Shown: positions 38,081-49,178 of the stretch, piece by piece
How positions within the stretch are numbered: the first letter of the stretch is position 1
Layout of the letters: each line of letters begins with the position of its first letter
From: an uncultured Verrucomicrobiales bacterium
Lineage (GTDB): Bacteria > Verrucomicrobiota > Verrucomicrobiia > Limisphaerales > Palsa-1400
Direction: 5' to 3'
Length of the DNA stretch: 55,535 bases
Assembly (NCBI GenBank): GCA_903898185.1
Contig: CAIUEN010000268.1
Coordinates: 1-55,535 of the forward strand
The notes under the pieces: generated by a model
The model's database searches: none
What the model was told of the DNA's origin: nothing
What the model saw: the letters and a program-made list of their open reading frames with translations, nothing else
Translations under genes and position numbers: made by a program

Positions 38081-38103
38081 AAACACAATTGGTAACTATT
38101 CAG

Positions 38104-38170
38104 GCAGCATAGGCATCCTTGCCTGTGCCCCTCTTTCCGTCGAGCGTCAGCGTGACGCTAATTTCTCCCT
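38104..38170 (-). repeat. REP-like element R1, copy 5 (reverse orientation)
   Basis: Its reverse complement aligns with the other R1 copies. Its 3' end lies 23 nt upstream of the preferred ATG at 38080 (17 nt from the computed GTG start at 38086). Confidence 0.8.
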
Positions 38171-38776
38171 CCGATGTGAACAGTTGCCACAATTGTTCAA
38201 CGGTAACTCAGGAGCCGCCGTAAGGATGCTCAAATCTTCCGGTCTTCACACGGCCTTAATAGCTATAAACCAGAGCCACCTTACGTCAGCTTCTGCGTGA
38301 ATAGTTACATTCAACCCTGTTTATCGGCACTAATTTACCTGAGCTTGAGCACTAAAGTGAACCTTTCTGATAGGGGCAAGGATGCGGGGTTGACAGCATC
38401 CATCCCTCCAAATCGGACGGACGGTTCTCCCTCATGCAGGCTTTCCAGTCAGTGATTTCATGGCGTGACGGCATTCCTTCGAGCAACAGTGGCTGCTATG
38501 CCAAATAACCCTCGCTCTGCAATCCATTAGCCAAAAAGATCAAAGGCCACACGTATTACTATTTACTATTATTTCAAATGGGGCTGGAAAAATGGCAACT
38601 GCCGCCACCTGTCGCAAGAATACCTCTACGGCACAAGCCATTTGCGCAACAACTCATCACCACAGTGGCCCGAGCTCCTCTCATTATCATTGATGACTTG
38701 GGCATTGGACAAGAATGTCCGCGCTACAGACGTGAACAGTAACCTCCTGACTGAATTCTCATTTGCGCGGATGAGA

Positions 38777-39568
38777 CTACCGGTGCCAGGTCGGCTTGCT
38801 CTTTTCCATCAATTTCTTCTGGATTTTTTCCCGGCGGTCGTTCCAATCGCTCCAACTTGCTTCCCAAGCCTCGCCGGAAAATGTGGCTTTGGCGGCGGAC
38901 CAGGATGCATTGAGCAACGCAACGTCATGGGCGGCGCGGGTCGTATCATCCCAGTTGATGTAGGTCTCGATCATGTTGATCCGGTTCTCGGGGAAGTTCG
39001 GCGAGAGGTCAAGCGCGCGGGCCAAGTGCTGCCGTGCTTTGGTGTGGCAGCCGACACTCACCGGCCATCCTGGAGCGTCTCGGTAAAGCAATCCCAGACA
39101 ACGATCTGGACCCGCATAGTCGATTTTCTCGTCGAGTTTGCGCGCGATTTCAAATTCCTGCTCCATGTCGGAAACCAGTTTTAGAGCGGACATGCGCTTG
39201 GTTCTGGCGACCTCACCGATGTTCAGACCCAGGTAGTAATGGGCTGCGGCATTGGTCGATTGCAGGAAAATGGCGCGGCGGGCGGCTGCAATTCCCTCCT
39301 TGCCCAGCGCGGCGCGCGCTGAATCTTGGAGTGGAAATTCCGTACGCTCAAAGCACGCTCGCGCGAATGCGCATGCAGTTTCCAGCCGATCCGGGTGTGC
39401 CTCGTATTCCGTGCGCGTGGCCTTATAAATGCGCTCGGCGCGAGCAATGGCATTCGTTGATTCGCCAGCCCAAATCAAATGCCCCTGCAACAGCAATAAC
39501 AGGAGCGTGATGCCCGAGACCCAGAAATGCCGTCGGACGAGGCATGTGCTGTCGTACGTAGTTTGCAT
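38777..39568 (-). CDS. TPR-like helical-repeat protein with N-terminal membrane anchor
   Basis: A hydrophobic segment GITLLLLLLQG is followed by helical repeats (AHYYLGLNIGE, ARQHLARALDLSP). The start at 39568 (MQTTYD) is preferred over 39652. Confidence 0.55.
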   Translation of the reverse strand: MQTTYDSTCLVRRHFWVSGITLLLLLLQGHLIWAGESTNAIARAERIYKATRTEYEAHPDRLETACAFARACFERTEFPLQDSARAALGKEGIAAARRAIFLQSTNAAAHYYLGLNIGEVARTKRMSALKLVSDMEQEFEIARKLDEKIDYAGPDRCLGLLYRDAPGWPVSVGCHTKARQHLARALDLSPNFPENRINMIETYINWDDTTRAAHDVALLNASWSAAKATFSGEAWEASWSDWNDRREKIQKKLMEKSKPTWHR

Positions 39569-39716
39569 GGATGTTCCGGTCATCCCCTTCACATTAGGGT
39601 CGAATGCCCTTGCGATGCAAACGCGTTTTGCCAACCGCTTTAATTGTCTCATAGGCCCGCAAATAGAGCTCTACGTTTTTCTTCTCATCAGCCGAAAATT
39701 TGCCATAATCAGCTCC

Positions 39717-40574
39717 ATGAGCGATCCAGAATACAAACCAGCTCCCCAGAGCATTCCAAACCAGATTGGCGCCGAAATTCCATACGATGGATGTCCGCTA
39801 TGCGCGGGCAAGGAAAGCCAGCTTGTTCAGGAAGCCAATTGCGGCCAGCACCCGCTCTGGCAGCCGGGCCTGCCAACTCAACTTCGATGGCTCTGCTGCA
39901 ATGCGTGCTCGCACGTGTTTCGAAGCGCCTATTTCAGCCCTGCCGCGATGAAACTGCTCTTCAGCCGAGCTCACGCCTGCCAAGTAGTCGGCGTGGAAAT
40001 CGATCAGCAGCGGGCGCAGTGGGCGGATACGGTTCACCGCGTCAATCGTCTCATGCCCGAGCCTGTTTGGAATGGCCGCGCTGCCGTCTGGGTGGATATT
40101 GGCTGTGGCAATGGCGGACTGGTTTTTACGTCCGCTGAATTTGGTTTCCAAGCAATCGGAATTGACATGCGTCAGGCTGCGGTCGAACAAATCACCGCGC
40201 TCGGGTTCAATGCTATTGTCGGCGACATCGCCGAAATGATGGTAACCGATCCCGTGGATGTGATTTCCATGGCCGACGTGCTTGAGCACGTCCCTTATCC
40301 GCGTGAAGCGCTGAAGCGCGTCTTTGGATCGCTCAAGCCGGAAGGGGTGATTGTTGTTTCCTGTCCGAATTATGACTGCGCCTCCTGGCGGGCGACCTCC
40401 AAGGCGGGCACCAACCCTTACTGGGGTGAGATTGAGCATTTTCACAATTTCAGCCGCGCAAGCCTGATGCGACTCTTGGCGCAGGAAGGTTTTATGCCGG
40501 TCGATTACCAAGTCAGCCGACGCTACAAGTCATGCATGGAAATCACTGCTGTGCGAACTGATTCATGCGAGTGA
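39717..40574 (+). CDS. class I SAM-dependent methyltransferase with N-terminal Cys4 zinc ribbon
   Basis: An internal ATG at 39717 gives CPLCAG..CCNACSH, then the SAM motif VDIGCGNG and DVISMADVLEHV. The upstream part of the computed ORF is antisense to the TPR gene. Confidence 0.8.
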   Translation: MSDPEYKPAPQSIPNQIGAEIPYDGCPLCAGKESQLVQEANCGQHPLWQPGLPTQLRWLCCNACSHVFRSAYFSPAAMKLLFSRAHACQVVGVEIDQQRAQWADTVHRVNRLMPEPVWNGRAAVWVDIGCGNGGLVFTSAEFGFQAIGIDMRQAAVEQITALGFNAIVGDIAEMMVTDPVDVISMADVLEHVPYPREALKRVFGSLKPEGVIVVSCPNYDCASWRATSKAGTNPYWGEIEHFHNFSRASLMRLLAQEGFMPVDYQVSRRYKSCMEITAVRTDSCE

Positions 40575-42293
40575 CACTTCGCACCAATCCAAGACTTTCA
40601 ACTGCACTGAGCGGCGTCCGTTGTAGTCGTTGATTTGGGGAGTAAAAGCCAGATCGAAGCGTATCTTTGGCAGCGGGGCTTCGCCACAGTTCCACCAGAC
40701 CGCTTCCAGAGGCTTTTGACCGTCGGTCACGCGGAATTTAACGTGTTGGTTTTCCTTGCCCATGCGTTGAGGCGGCTGATGGTGGGCAAGTCTGCGAATT
40801 GCCAAACGCACTGGCGCATTCCCCTGCCCTGTTGGATTGAGACGCGCCAGTTCTTCAACCCGCTCCAGCGTCATCTCAGCCAGGGAAACTTCCGCATCCA
40901 ATCTCAGCGTTCGGCGCAATTGTTCGGGCTTGAGCGCCACGCGGGCCAAAGCATTCAATCGCGCGCGAAGAGCGTCCAGGTTCTCCGGTGCCAGCGCCAA
41001 GCCAGCCGCCATGGCGTGGCCACCGTGCCGCAATAGAAGGTCGCCGCACTGTCTCAGAGCGGCTGCCAGATCGAAACCTTCGATGCTGCGTCCAGAGCCG
41101 CGCCACTCGCCGCCTCCGTCACCCAGGACAATGGCTGGACGATAAAACTCACCCAGCACACGAGAGGCTACAATTCCCACCACCCCGAGATGCCAATGTC
41201 TGTTGCCCTCAACGATCACGTAATCGGTCTCTGGATCAAACCGGCTTCGAATTGTGGTGACGATTTGCCGGGCGATCTCTCTTTCGATGGTTTGCCGCTC
41301 GCGGTTTTGGGCGTCCAAAGCCCGCGCGATCGGCTCAGCGGTTGCGACATCTTCCGCCAGCAGCAATCGCAGCGCGCCTTCGGCATTCTCCAATCGTCCA
41401 GCAGCATTGAGGCGCGGCGCCAACTGAAAGCCCACTTCGTGACTACCGACGACGCCCGCACATTGAGACGCTTGCTTGAGCGCTGTCAGACCGGGACGCG
41501 CATTCGCATTGATGCGCTCCAATCCAGCGCTTGTCAAAATGCGATTTTCTCCTGTCAACGGCACCAGATCCGCAATGGTTCCGAGCGCGACAATGTCCAG
41601 GCAATCCCGCACGTCCACTTGGAATGCCGCAGGCGCATTTTCCTCGCGCAGCCGCTTCACAAGCGCATGCGCGAGCTTGAAACTAAGCCCCGCCGAGCAC
41701 AATTCATCAAACGGCGCGGTCACGCCGACTTTTGCGCCAACCCGTGGGTTAACCAGCGCCACGGCATCAGGGGCGGGATCGGAGATTTGGTGATGGTCAA
41801 GCACTACCACATCCACACCACGCTCACGGAGCCACGAGATCGTTGCCGTCGCGTTCGATCCGCAGTCCACGGCCAGCATCAAGTGGACAGGGAATTTCTC
41901 CAGACAGTTCTTCACCCCATCAGGGCTCAGTCCGTAGCCCTCATCGCGTCGATGCGGGAGGTAGGAACTGACATTCCACCCCAGTTTGCCTAACATCTGA
42001 ACCAACAACGCCACCGAAGTCACGCCATCGACATCGTAGTCGCCAAAAACGACCAAAGGTTCACCCAGCGAACGCGCAAGCAGCAATCGAGTCACCGCTT
42101 TATCCATGTTCGGCAACAGGAATGGGTCGGCCAGCAGCTTGAGACGTGGATTCAAAAAGCGATCAATGGCCGTGGAATCACTGAATCCCCGGTTGACCAA
42201 GCATTGAGCGAACAAGGGCGAGATATTGAGAGCCTCAGCAAGACGGCGACAGAGTTCTTGATCGGGCCCAGCGATCACCCATGTATGTTTCAT
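40563..42293 (-). CDS. recJ: single-stranded-DNA-specific exonuclease RecJ
   Basis: 576 aa with DHH-family motifs (GDYDVDGVTS, VLDHHQ) and a DHHA1 region (GGGHAMAAG). Confidence 0.95.
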   Translation of the reverse strand: MKHTWVIAGPDQELCRRLAEALNISPLFAQCLVNRGFSDSTAIDRFLNPRLKLLADPFLLPNMDKAVTRLLLARSLGEPLVVFGDYDVDGVTSVALLVQMLGKLGWNVSSYLPHRRDEGYGLSPDGVKNCLEKFPVHLMLAVDCGSNATATISWLRERGVDVVVLDHHQISDPAPDAVALVNPRVGAKVGVTAPFDELCSAGLSFKLAHALVKRLREENAPAAFQVDVRDCLDIVALGTIADLVPLTGENRILTSAGLERINANARPGLTALKQASQCAGVVGSHEVGFQLAPRLNAAGRLENAEGALRLLLAEDVATAEPIARALDAQNRERQTIEREIARQIVTTIRSRFDPETDYVIVEGNRHWHLGVVGIVASRVLGEFYRPAIVLGDGGGEWRGSGRSIEGFDLAAALRQCGDLLLRHGGHAMAAGLALAPENLDALRARLNALARVALKPEQLRRTLRLDAEVSLAEMTLERVEELARLNPTGQGNAPVRLAIRRLAHHQPPQRMGKENQHVKFRVTDGQKPLEAVWWNCGEAPLPKIRFDLAFTPQINDYNGRRSVQLKVLDWCEVSLA

Positions 42294-43225
42294 TCTTTCG
42301 GGCTTGAGCGTTGCGCAATAATCGAGGCGGCCATGGCGACAACAATGATGCCGCCCACCACCGCGAGCGATATTCCGGTGGGGAGCACATACCAGTGGGC
42401 GGCAAGCATTTTCAGTCCGATGAATACAAGCACAAAGGACAATCCAACTTTGAGATACCGGAAATACCCAATCGCCCCGGCCAGCACAAAATAGAGTGAT
42501 CGTAATCCGAGAATGGCGAAGACATTCGACGTAAAGACAATAAAAGGCTTCTGAGTGACCGCGAAAATAGCTGGAATCGAATCCAACGCAAAAATAAGAT
42601 CGGTGGTTTCAACCATCACTAACACCAGCGCCAAAGGCGTCAAAGCCTTGCGTCCGTTCAGTGTGGTTGTGAATTTCTGGCCGTGCAGTTCGTGCGACAC
42701 TGGAAAGAACTTTCGCGCCAACCGGATTAACGGATTTTTTTCAGGATGCACCCCCTCCTCCTTTGCCATGGTCATTTTTATACCCGTATAAACCAGAAAT
42801 GCGCCGAACAGGTAGAGAACAAAATGGAACTTCTGAATCAAGGCGGCCCCCGCTCCGATCATGATTCCACGCATGAGAAGCGCCCCCACGATTCCCCAGA
42901 ACAAGACCCGGTGTTGCTGCAATCCAGGGATTCGAAAAAATCCAAAGATCAGGGCAATGGCAAATACATTGTCCATCGAAAGCGAGAGTTCGATGATGTA
43001 GCCGGTGACGAATTCGAGAGCCTCTTGATGTCCTCGAATCAGAACCAGTGCCCACGCAAACACCATTGCCAAGCTGAACCACAGAGCGGTCCAGAACATC
43101 GCTTCCTTGATTTTCACCTCCCGTGCCGAGCGATGGAACAGCCCCAGATCAAGCGCCAACAGGAAGAGGATCGCAATGACGAACCCTACCCAATGCCAAA
43201 CGGAAATTTCGATGAATGCAAGCAC
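42290..43225 (-). CDS. TerC-family integral membrane protein
   Basis: 311 aa, polytopic, with SxDNxFA segments (LSMDNVFAIAL; LDSIPAIFAVT). Confidence 0.85.
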   Translation of the reverse strand: MLAFIEISVWHWVGFVIAILFLLALDLGLFHRSAREVKIKEAMFWTALWFSLAMVFAWALVLIRGHQEALEFVTGYIIELSLSMDNVFAIALIFGFFRIPGLQQHRVLFWGIVGALLMRGIMIGAGAALIQKFHFVLYLFGAFLVYTGIKMTMAKEEGVHPEKNPLIRLARKFFPVSHELHGQKFTTTLNGRKALTPLALVLVMVETTDLIFALDSIPAIFAVTQKPFIVFTSNVFAILGLRSLYFVLAGAIGYFRYLKVGLSFVLVFIGLKMLAAHWYVLPTGISLAVVGGIIVVAMAASIIAQRSSPKE

Positions 43226-43237
43226 AGCGCCGCCCTC

Positions 43238-45793
43238 TTAGGCTTTGACGCGAGCCTCGGCTGGCCCCGTAACCCCGGCAGCAACCCCCATGTTCGGCCT
43301 CTCGCCTTTATGCCAAAAGAGCACCAAGGCGCTGGCTATATAGATACTGGAGTAGGTGCCGGTGATAATCCCAAACAGGAACGTAAACGAGAAATCGTTG
43401 ATTCCACCACCGCCAAACAGAAACAACGACATGGTTGCCAAAAACACCGTGCCCGAGGTGATAATCGTTCGGCTGAGGGTTTGGTTCAGCGCCTTGTTCA
43501 TGACTTCTTTGAACGTGCCACGCACACCCAGTTTGAGATCTTCTCGGATGCGGTCAAAGATGACGATGGTATCGTTGATCGAGAAACCGATGATCGTCAA
43601 AACCGCTGCCACCATCGGCGCGCTCAACTGCTTGCCCGATAAGAAGTATATGCCAATGGTCATCAGCACATCGTGAATGACCGCAACCACCGCCCCGATG
43701 GAAAACGAGAACTCGTAACGCAAAGCAACGTAAATCAGGATGCCAAACAGCGAAAGGAAGGTCGCGATTACCGCCGATTTTTGGATCTCCTGACCCACCG
43801 TCGGTCCCACCGTGTTCTCCCCTATAACCTTGAAACCTGACTCAGGAAATGCCTTGATCAGCAGGTTTGCCGCAGTCAATTTCAGATCTTTGGCTTTGGA
43901 TCCCTCTTCTTTGAAAGCAGTCACAACCTCAAGCATCTCCTGCCCTGATCCCTTCTGGTATTGAATAATTGACTCACCCAAAGGTGCCAGCTTGGAACGA
44001 ATCTGTTCCACACCCACTTTTTTTGTAAAACTCAGAGTAACGGCATTGCCCCCGGCAAATTCGATGCCTTTGACATTGCTGCCGCGATGGAATCCGTAGC
44101 CAAGTCCGATGAGGATGATGGTCCAAGAAGTGATGAATGCCGGCTTGGCATATTTCATGAAGTCGATGTTCCAGTCCTTGATCCAGTGCATCATGCCCAC
44201 CTTGTTGAGCATTCCGCGAGAGAGCAGCAACTCAAAAATCAACCGTGTCACAACCAAGGCGGTAAACAAGCTCAACGCCACGCCAATGGTCAGCGTCACG
44301 CCGAACCCTTTGATCGGGCCGGTGCCCATGTAAATCAAGATGATGGAAGAAATCAAAGTCGTCGTGTGCGAATCGAAAATGGTGCTGAACGCCCGACTAT
44401 ACGCCGCTGAAATCGCCCCGCGCATTGACTTGCCCAATGCCATTTCTTCGCGCAACCGTTCATAAATCAGAACGTTCGCATCGACCGCCATGCCCACCGT
44501 CAACACGACGCCAGCGATGCCTGGAAGTGTCAGAGTGGTGCCGATTGAACACATAACACCCAAGAGGATAATCAGGTTGGTTACCATGGCGATATTCGCA
44601 ATGACACCGCAACGGTGATAGTACATCGCCATGAACGCCGCGACCAGAAGCGTGCCAATCACTGCGGAGCGTACGCCACTGCTGATTGTGTCAGCTCCCA
44701 AAGTCGGATCGACCTGCCGTGATTCAACAATTTCAACCGGTGTTTCCAGCGGGTTTTCCAAAACATTGGCCAGCGAGATGGCTTCATCAATGTCAAAATT
44801 TCCGGTGATTTGGCCGTGTCCGCCAGGAATCGGGCCGTTGATCACAGGCGCTGAGTAGAGTTCGCCGTCCAGAACAATTGCGAGCCGGTTATGCACGTTT
44901 TCACGGGTAACTTGATGAAAAATGTCTCCGCCTTCGCTGTTCATCTCGAAGAGGATTTCAGGAGTATTGGACATCGGATCGCGGCTCGCATAAGCGCGCT
45001 TGATGTACTTGCCAGTCAAGCCCATGACAGGCTTGGTTTCGACCAAAACCTGCTCGTATCTGAAGGTGCCATCTTCCTGTTTCACCTTTTCCTTAAGCAC
45101 AACGTAACCGGGTTCTACAGTCCCGTCCGCAATCATTTTGCGACTCTCCGGATGCACCAGGCGAAATTCGAGGAACGCCGCTTTTTGGATATTGAGCTTG
45201 GCCTCATCCTGAATGGCCTGCGAAAGACCGGGTAGTTGAATCAGGATAAACCCGGGGCCGGCAGGTTGGATAACCGGCTCAGCAACGCCCAGGCGATCAA
45301 CACGTTTGCGAAGCACTTCGACCGCTTGCGAGGTCAATCGAGTCCGCTCGTTCTCCTCTTCCAATGCCGACTTCGGAGCGTTGGTTCCCTGGTTGGCAGC
45401 AATCCGTTCAGTCTTCAGTCGAACCAGGAATTGACTTCCGCCTTGAAGATCCAAACCGAGCTTGATTTTACCAGACGACTGCCGCTGCAATCGATTCAAC
45501 AGCGCATAGGTGGGGTTCGCCTCGTTCTGAACTTCGATATCGAAATACGGCTGGATATTATTAGTGCCAACCGCTTGCAGCAGTTGCGCAAATTCTCGTT
45601 CCAAACCTGGGTTCTGCTTTTGCAGACCTCTCGCCTCAGTTATAATGTTCTTGAACGTGGCGTCGGCTTTATCGGGCCTAACCTGCGAGGCGAAATACTG
45701 AATGAGATCGCGGCTGGTCGGCGGATAAATTTCGTAGAATGACCATGCGATCAAAAAAACAATAAAAGCCCACCAAAACTTCTGATTTTTCAT
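43238..45793 (-). CDS. secDF: protein translocase subunit SecDF (fused)
   Basis: 851 aa. A large periplasmic domain after TM1 is followed by two 6-TM SecD/SecF modules. Confidence 0.93.
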   Translation of the reverse strand: MKNQKFWWAFIVFLIAWSFYEIYPPTSRDLIQYFASQVRPDKADATFKNIITEARGLQKQNPGLEREFAQLLQAVGTNNIQPYFDIEVQNEANPTYALLNRLQRQSSGKIKLGLDLQGGSQFLVRLKTERIAANQGTNAPKSALEEENERTRLTSQAVEVLRKRVDRLGVAEPVIQPAGPGFILIQLPGLSQAIQDEAKLNIQKAAFLEFRLVHPESRKMIADGTVEPGYVVLKEKVKQEDGTFRYEQVLVETKPVMGLTGKYIKRAYASRDPMSNTPEILFEMNSEGGDIFHQVTRENVHNRLAIVLDGELYSAPVINGPIPGGHGQITGNFDIDEAISLANVLENPLETPVEIVESRQVDPTLGADTISSGVRSAVIGTLLVAAFMAMYYHRCGVIANIAMVTNLIILLGVMCSIGTTLTLPGIAGVVLTVGMAVDANVLIYERLREEMALGKSMRGAISAAYSRAFSTIFDSHTTTLISSIILIYMGTGPIKGFGVTLTIGVALSLFTALVVTRLIFELLLSRGMLNKVGMMHWIKDWNIDFMKYAKPAFITSWTIILIGLGYGFHRGSNVKGIEFAGGNAVTLSFTKKVGVEQIRSKLAPLGESIIQYQKGSGQEMLEVVTAFKEEGSKAKDLKLTAANLLIKAFPESGFKVIGENTVGPTVGQEIQKSAVIATFLSLFGILIYVALRYEFSFSIGAVVAVIHDVLMTIGIYFLSGKQLSAPMVAAVLTIIGFSINDTIVIFDRIREDLKLGVRGTFKEVMNKALNQTLSRTIITSGTVFLATMSLFLFGGGGINDFSFTFLFGIITGTYSSIYIASALVLFWHKGERPNMGVAAGVTGPAEARVKA

Positions 45794-45848
45794 GTAGCTT
45801 GCCTAATTTGGTTACGTTTTTCGGTTTGGAAAACAGGCATCACCGGGC

Positions 45849-46202
45849 CTACGATTCGCTTGCTCCGCTGGGATCCACCTCAGCCACTGCGGTTTTGAGC
45901 ACTTCCAGCTTTGTGTCGGCTGAACGCATCGAAACAGTCCGGTCTTTGACGGCAATCACCACGCCCACGACCCCGCCAGTAGTGATGACTTTGTCCCCCG
46001 CCTTGAGGGTCTTGAGCATGGCTGCATGCTCTTTGGCTCGCTTGCTCTGAGGGCGGATCATCATGAAATACATGACCAGGCCCATCACGGCAATGAGCAG
46101 AAAGAATCTCAACTGATCCGCTTTGGGATTGGGCACTGTTCCACCGGGGACAACGTTTTCCGCGCCCTGAGCCAACATTAGATTAATAGACTTCAAATTC
46201 AT
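45849..46202 (-). CDS. yajC: preprotein translocase subunit YajC
   Basis: A single TM helix is followed by RPQxKRxKEHxxMLxxLKxGDKVxTxGG. An ATG at 46202 is preferred. It lies upstream of secDF and downstream of tgt, the conserved order. Confidence 0.88.
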   Translation of the reverse strand: MNLKSINLMLAQGAENVVPGGTVPNPKADQLRFFLLIAVMGLVMYFMMIRPQSKRAKEHAAMLKTLKAGDKVITTGGVVGVVIAVKDRTVSMRSADTKLEVLKTAVAEVDPSGASES

Positions 46203-46372
46203 ATAGGGTCCAAAAGCCGTTGAATTTATGCAACCTACCGGCTTTGGCAAGCACAACGTTCACGAAATTCCCCGCCAATGCAATCTTAGAATCGCCCAAC
46301 GGCATCTTCTGCGGTTCAAGCTGCCATTTTGCAGCAAATAGATTTCCACTGCAAGATGACAGTTTTGGACGC

Positions 46373-47539
<1,167 letters not shown>

Positions 47540-47604
47540 TCAAACAGGATTGGCGGAGAGGGCAAGAAAACTAACAGGCACATTTGGAGCAACCCAAAGA
47601 ACAA

Positions 47605-47777
47605 AAGCGATTCTCATTATGTGGGGTAGACCTCCGGTCTGCCAGCACCTCGTTATCGAGGTGCAGTGATTAGTTGTGCTGACTGTTGCGGTGCCTCCGG
47701 CTCCGCTGGGAGTCGAACGCTTCGTGCGCAGGCAGATCAGCGTCTTTCCCCTTCCTTGCTCAAAATGAGAATTGCTG
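47605..47777 (-). mobile_element. MITE family R2, copy D (long variant, reverse orientation)
   Basis: Its reverse complement aligns end to end with copy A, including the ~40-nt internal hairpin module. One terminal repeat has 2 substitutions. Confidence 0.8.
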
Positions 47778-47987
47778 TGCGCACAAAAGCGTTGCTTCAT
47801 GCAGGAAGGTTTTCTACTGTAACCTTGTTAAACAAATGCTCTGCATTCGGGTAAATCATCGATGATCAAGAACTTGGGATGGCAACGGGTTGCAAAGGGT
47901 GTTTTGCGGAAAAGACCGCGAAGCATTCACGGGGCGGTAGCTTGTCTTGGCATTGGGATGTAGAATTTCGGCAACTATTCTAAGACA

Positions 47988-48224
47988 ATGAAAACGATTC
48001 CCGAGATTGCAAAGGATGCGTTGGAGCTGCCCACCGCTCAGCGCCTGACCTTGGCGCGCATTCTTCTTGATCTGTCCGATGAACCTCAGGAATTCTCGCC
48101 TGAAGTCCAAGCCGCTTGGGATCAAGAGCTTTTGCAACGCATCGAAGAGGTGAAGGCTGGACGCTCCCGGTCCAGCAGTGTTGATGAAGTATTTGCCCGA
48201 TTGGATCATCGATTTTCTAAATGA
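47988..48224 (+). CDS. addiction-module antitoxin component (ParD-like small helical type)
   Basis: 78 aa. ALELPxxQRLxLAxxLLDSL...W..E..RR pattern. It overlaps the toxin gene by 4 nt. Confidence 0.75.
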   Translation: MKTIPEIAKDALELPTAQRLTLARILLDLSDEPQEFSPEVQAAWDQELLQRIEEVKAGRSRSSSVDEVFARLDHRFSK

Positions 48225-48523
48225 AGGTTGAGATTCTTCACGAAGCAGAAGAAGAACTCGACGCCGCTATTGAGCATTATGAATCTGTCCAACCAGGGTT
48301 GGGACTGCGGCTCAAAGAAGAAACGCGCCAGCGGATTCTGTGGATAAAAAACAATGCCACCGTAACACGCTTGTTGCCTAAGGGATATCGGCGGGTGAAC
48401 TTGAAGGTGTTTCCCTATTACATCCCCTACTTCATTTGGAGTGATACAATTTGGATTCTCGCCCTCGCTCATGCTCACAGGCGTCCACAATATTGGATCA
48501 AAAGACGTGCCAATCTTCCCTAA
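48221..48523 (+). CDS. RelE/ParE-family toxin
   Basis: 100 aa. AExELxxAxxxY, FPYxIxY and ILALAHxxRRPxYW are typical of ParE-like toxins. Confidence 0.8.
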   Translation: MKVEILHEAEEELDAAIEHYESVQPGLGLRLKEETRQRILWIKNNATVTRLLPKGYRRVNLKVFPYYIPYFIWSDTIWILALAHAHRRPQYWIKRRANLP

Positions 48524-48578
48524 ATCAAGATTTGAAATCCGAAATCTTGAATTTCAAATCACCTCCATCGTTCTCTCA

Positions 48579-48626
48579 ACTTTCCTATTTTCTGCTTTCT
48601 GCTTTCCCAATTTCTGTTTTCCTTCT
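48579..48626 (+). repeat. CTTTCTG-type heptamer array a
   Basis: ctttcctattttctgctttctgctttcccaatttctgttttccttc. It ends 6 nt before the hicB ATG. Confidence 0.9.
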
Positions 48627-48632
48627 TAAATT

Positions 48633-48884
48633 ATGGTTGCTCAATACATGGATACAGCAATGGAACTGGCGCGTTACGAGATCATCCAAGACGACAATAG
48701 TTACTGGGGAGAGATTCCCGGTCTTCAAGGTGTCTGGGCCAAACACGACACGCTCGCCGGATGCCAGCGCGAACTAAGAGAGGCTTTGAGTGATTGGATA
48801 GGCTTGCGCTTACGATTGGGCCTTCAGATTCCCGAATTGGCTCGCATCAACCTCAATCAAATTGGCACAATTGCCCATGCCTAA
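48633..48884 (+). CDS. hicB: HicB-family antitoxin
   Basis: 83 aa. YxGEIPxLxGVWAxxxTLxxCxxELxEAL pattern of short HicB/UPF0150 proteins. Confidence 0.8.
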   Translation: MVAQYMDTAMELARYEIIQDDNSYWGEIPGLQGVWAKHDTLAGCQRELREALSDWIGLRLRLGLQIPELARINLNQIGTIAHA

Positions 48885-49095
48885 ATTGGCCCCGATTTCG
48901 CGCAGGAAATTCATTCAGAACCTGCGTCAACTTGGATTTCAAGGCCCTTACTCGGGAGGCAAGCACCAGCAAATGATGCGAGGCGATGCTACTCTCATTA
49001 TTCCGAACGAACACGAAGGAGACATCAGTCCAGGTTTCCTCCTTCGGTTGCTCCGGCAAGCTGGCGTTTCCCGAGAAGAATGGCTAAGTCTCTAA
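48877..49095 (+). CDS. hicA: HicA-family mRNA interferase toxin
   Basis: [27 protein letters not shown]. The ATG at 48877 overlaps the hicB stop by 8 nt. Confidence 0.8.
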   Translation: MPKLAPISRRKFIQNLRQLGFQGPYSGGKHQQMMRGDATLIIPNEHEGDISPGFLLRLLRQAGVSREEWLSL

Positions 49096-49176
49096 CTTCC
49101 GTTTTCCCCAATTTCTGTTTTCTGCTTTCTGCTTTCCGCTTTCTGCTTTCTGCTTTCCAAATTTCTGCTTTTCTTT
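49096..49176 (+). repeat. CTTTCTG-type heptamer array b (longest tandem run)
   Basis: ttttctg ctttctg ctttccg ctttctg ctttctg ctttcca aatttctg. It ends 2 nt before the rfbB ATG. Confidence 0.92.
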
Positions 49177-49178
49177 TT

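Noticed and set aside
43226-43237. A manganese (yybP-ykoY) riboswitch upstream of the TerC-family gene.
   Set aside because: Only 12 nt separate terC from the secDF stop, so there is no room for a riboswitch. The gene is probably co-transcribed with secDF.
47599-47791. The direct repeat g[a/c]acaaaagcg (47599-47609 and 47781-47791) as the target duplication of MITE copy D.
   Set aside because: Its position relative to the terminal repeats is inconsistent with copies B and C: it overlaps one terminus and is 3-5 nt away from the other. I therefore do not count it as evidence.
49080-49178. A 33-codon hydrophobic N-terminal extension of rfbB ([33 protein letters not shown]).
   Set aside because: It is produced only because the heptamer array has no stop codons. 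The Rossmann motif must be N-terminal in this cytoplasmic enzyme family, and a standard [14 protein letters not shown] start exists at 49179.
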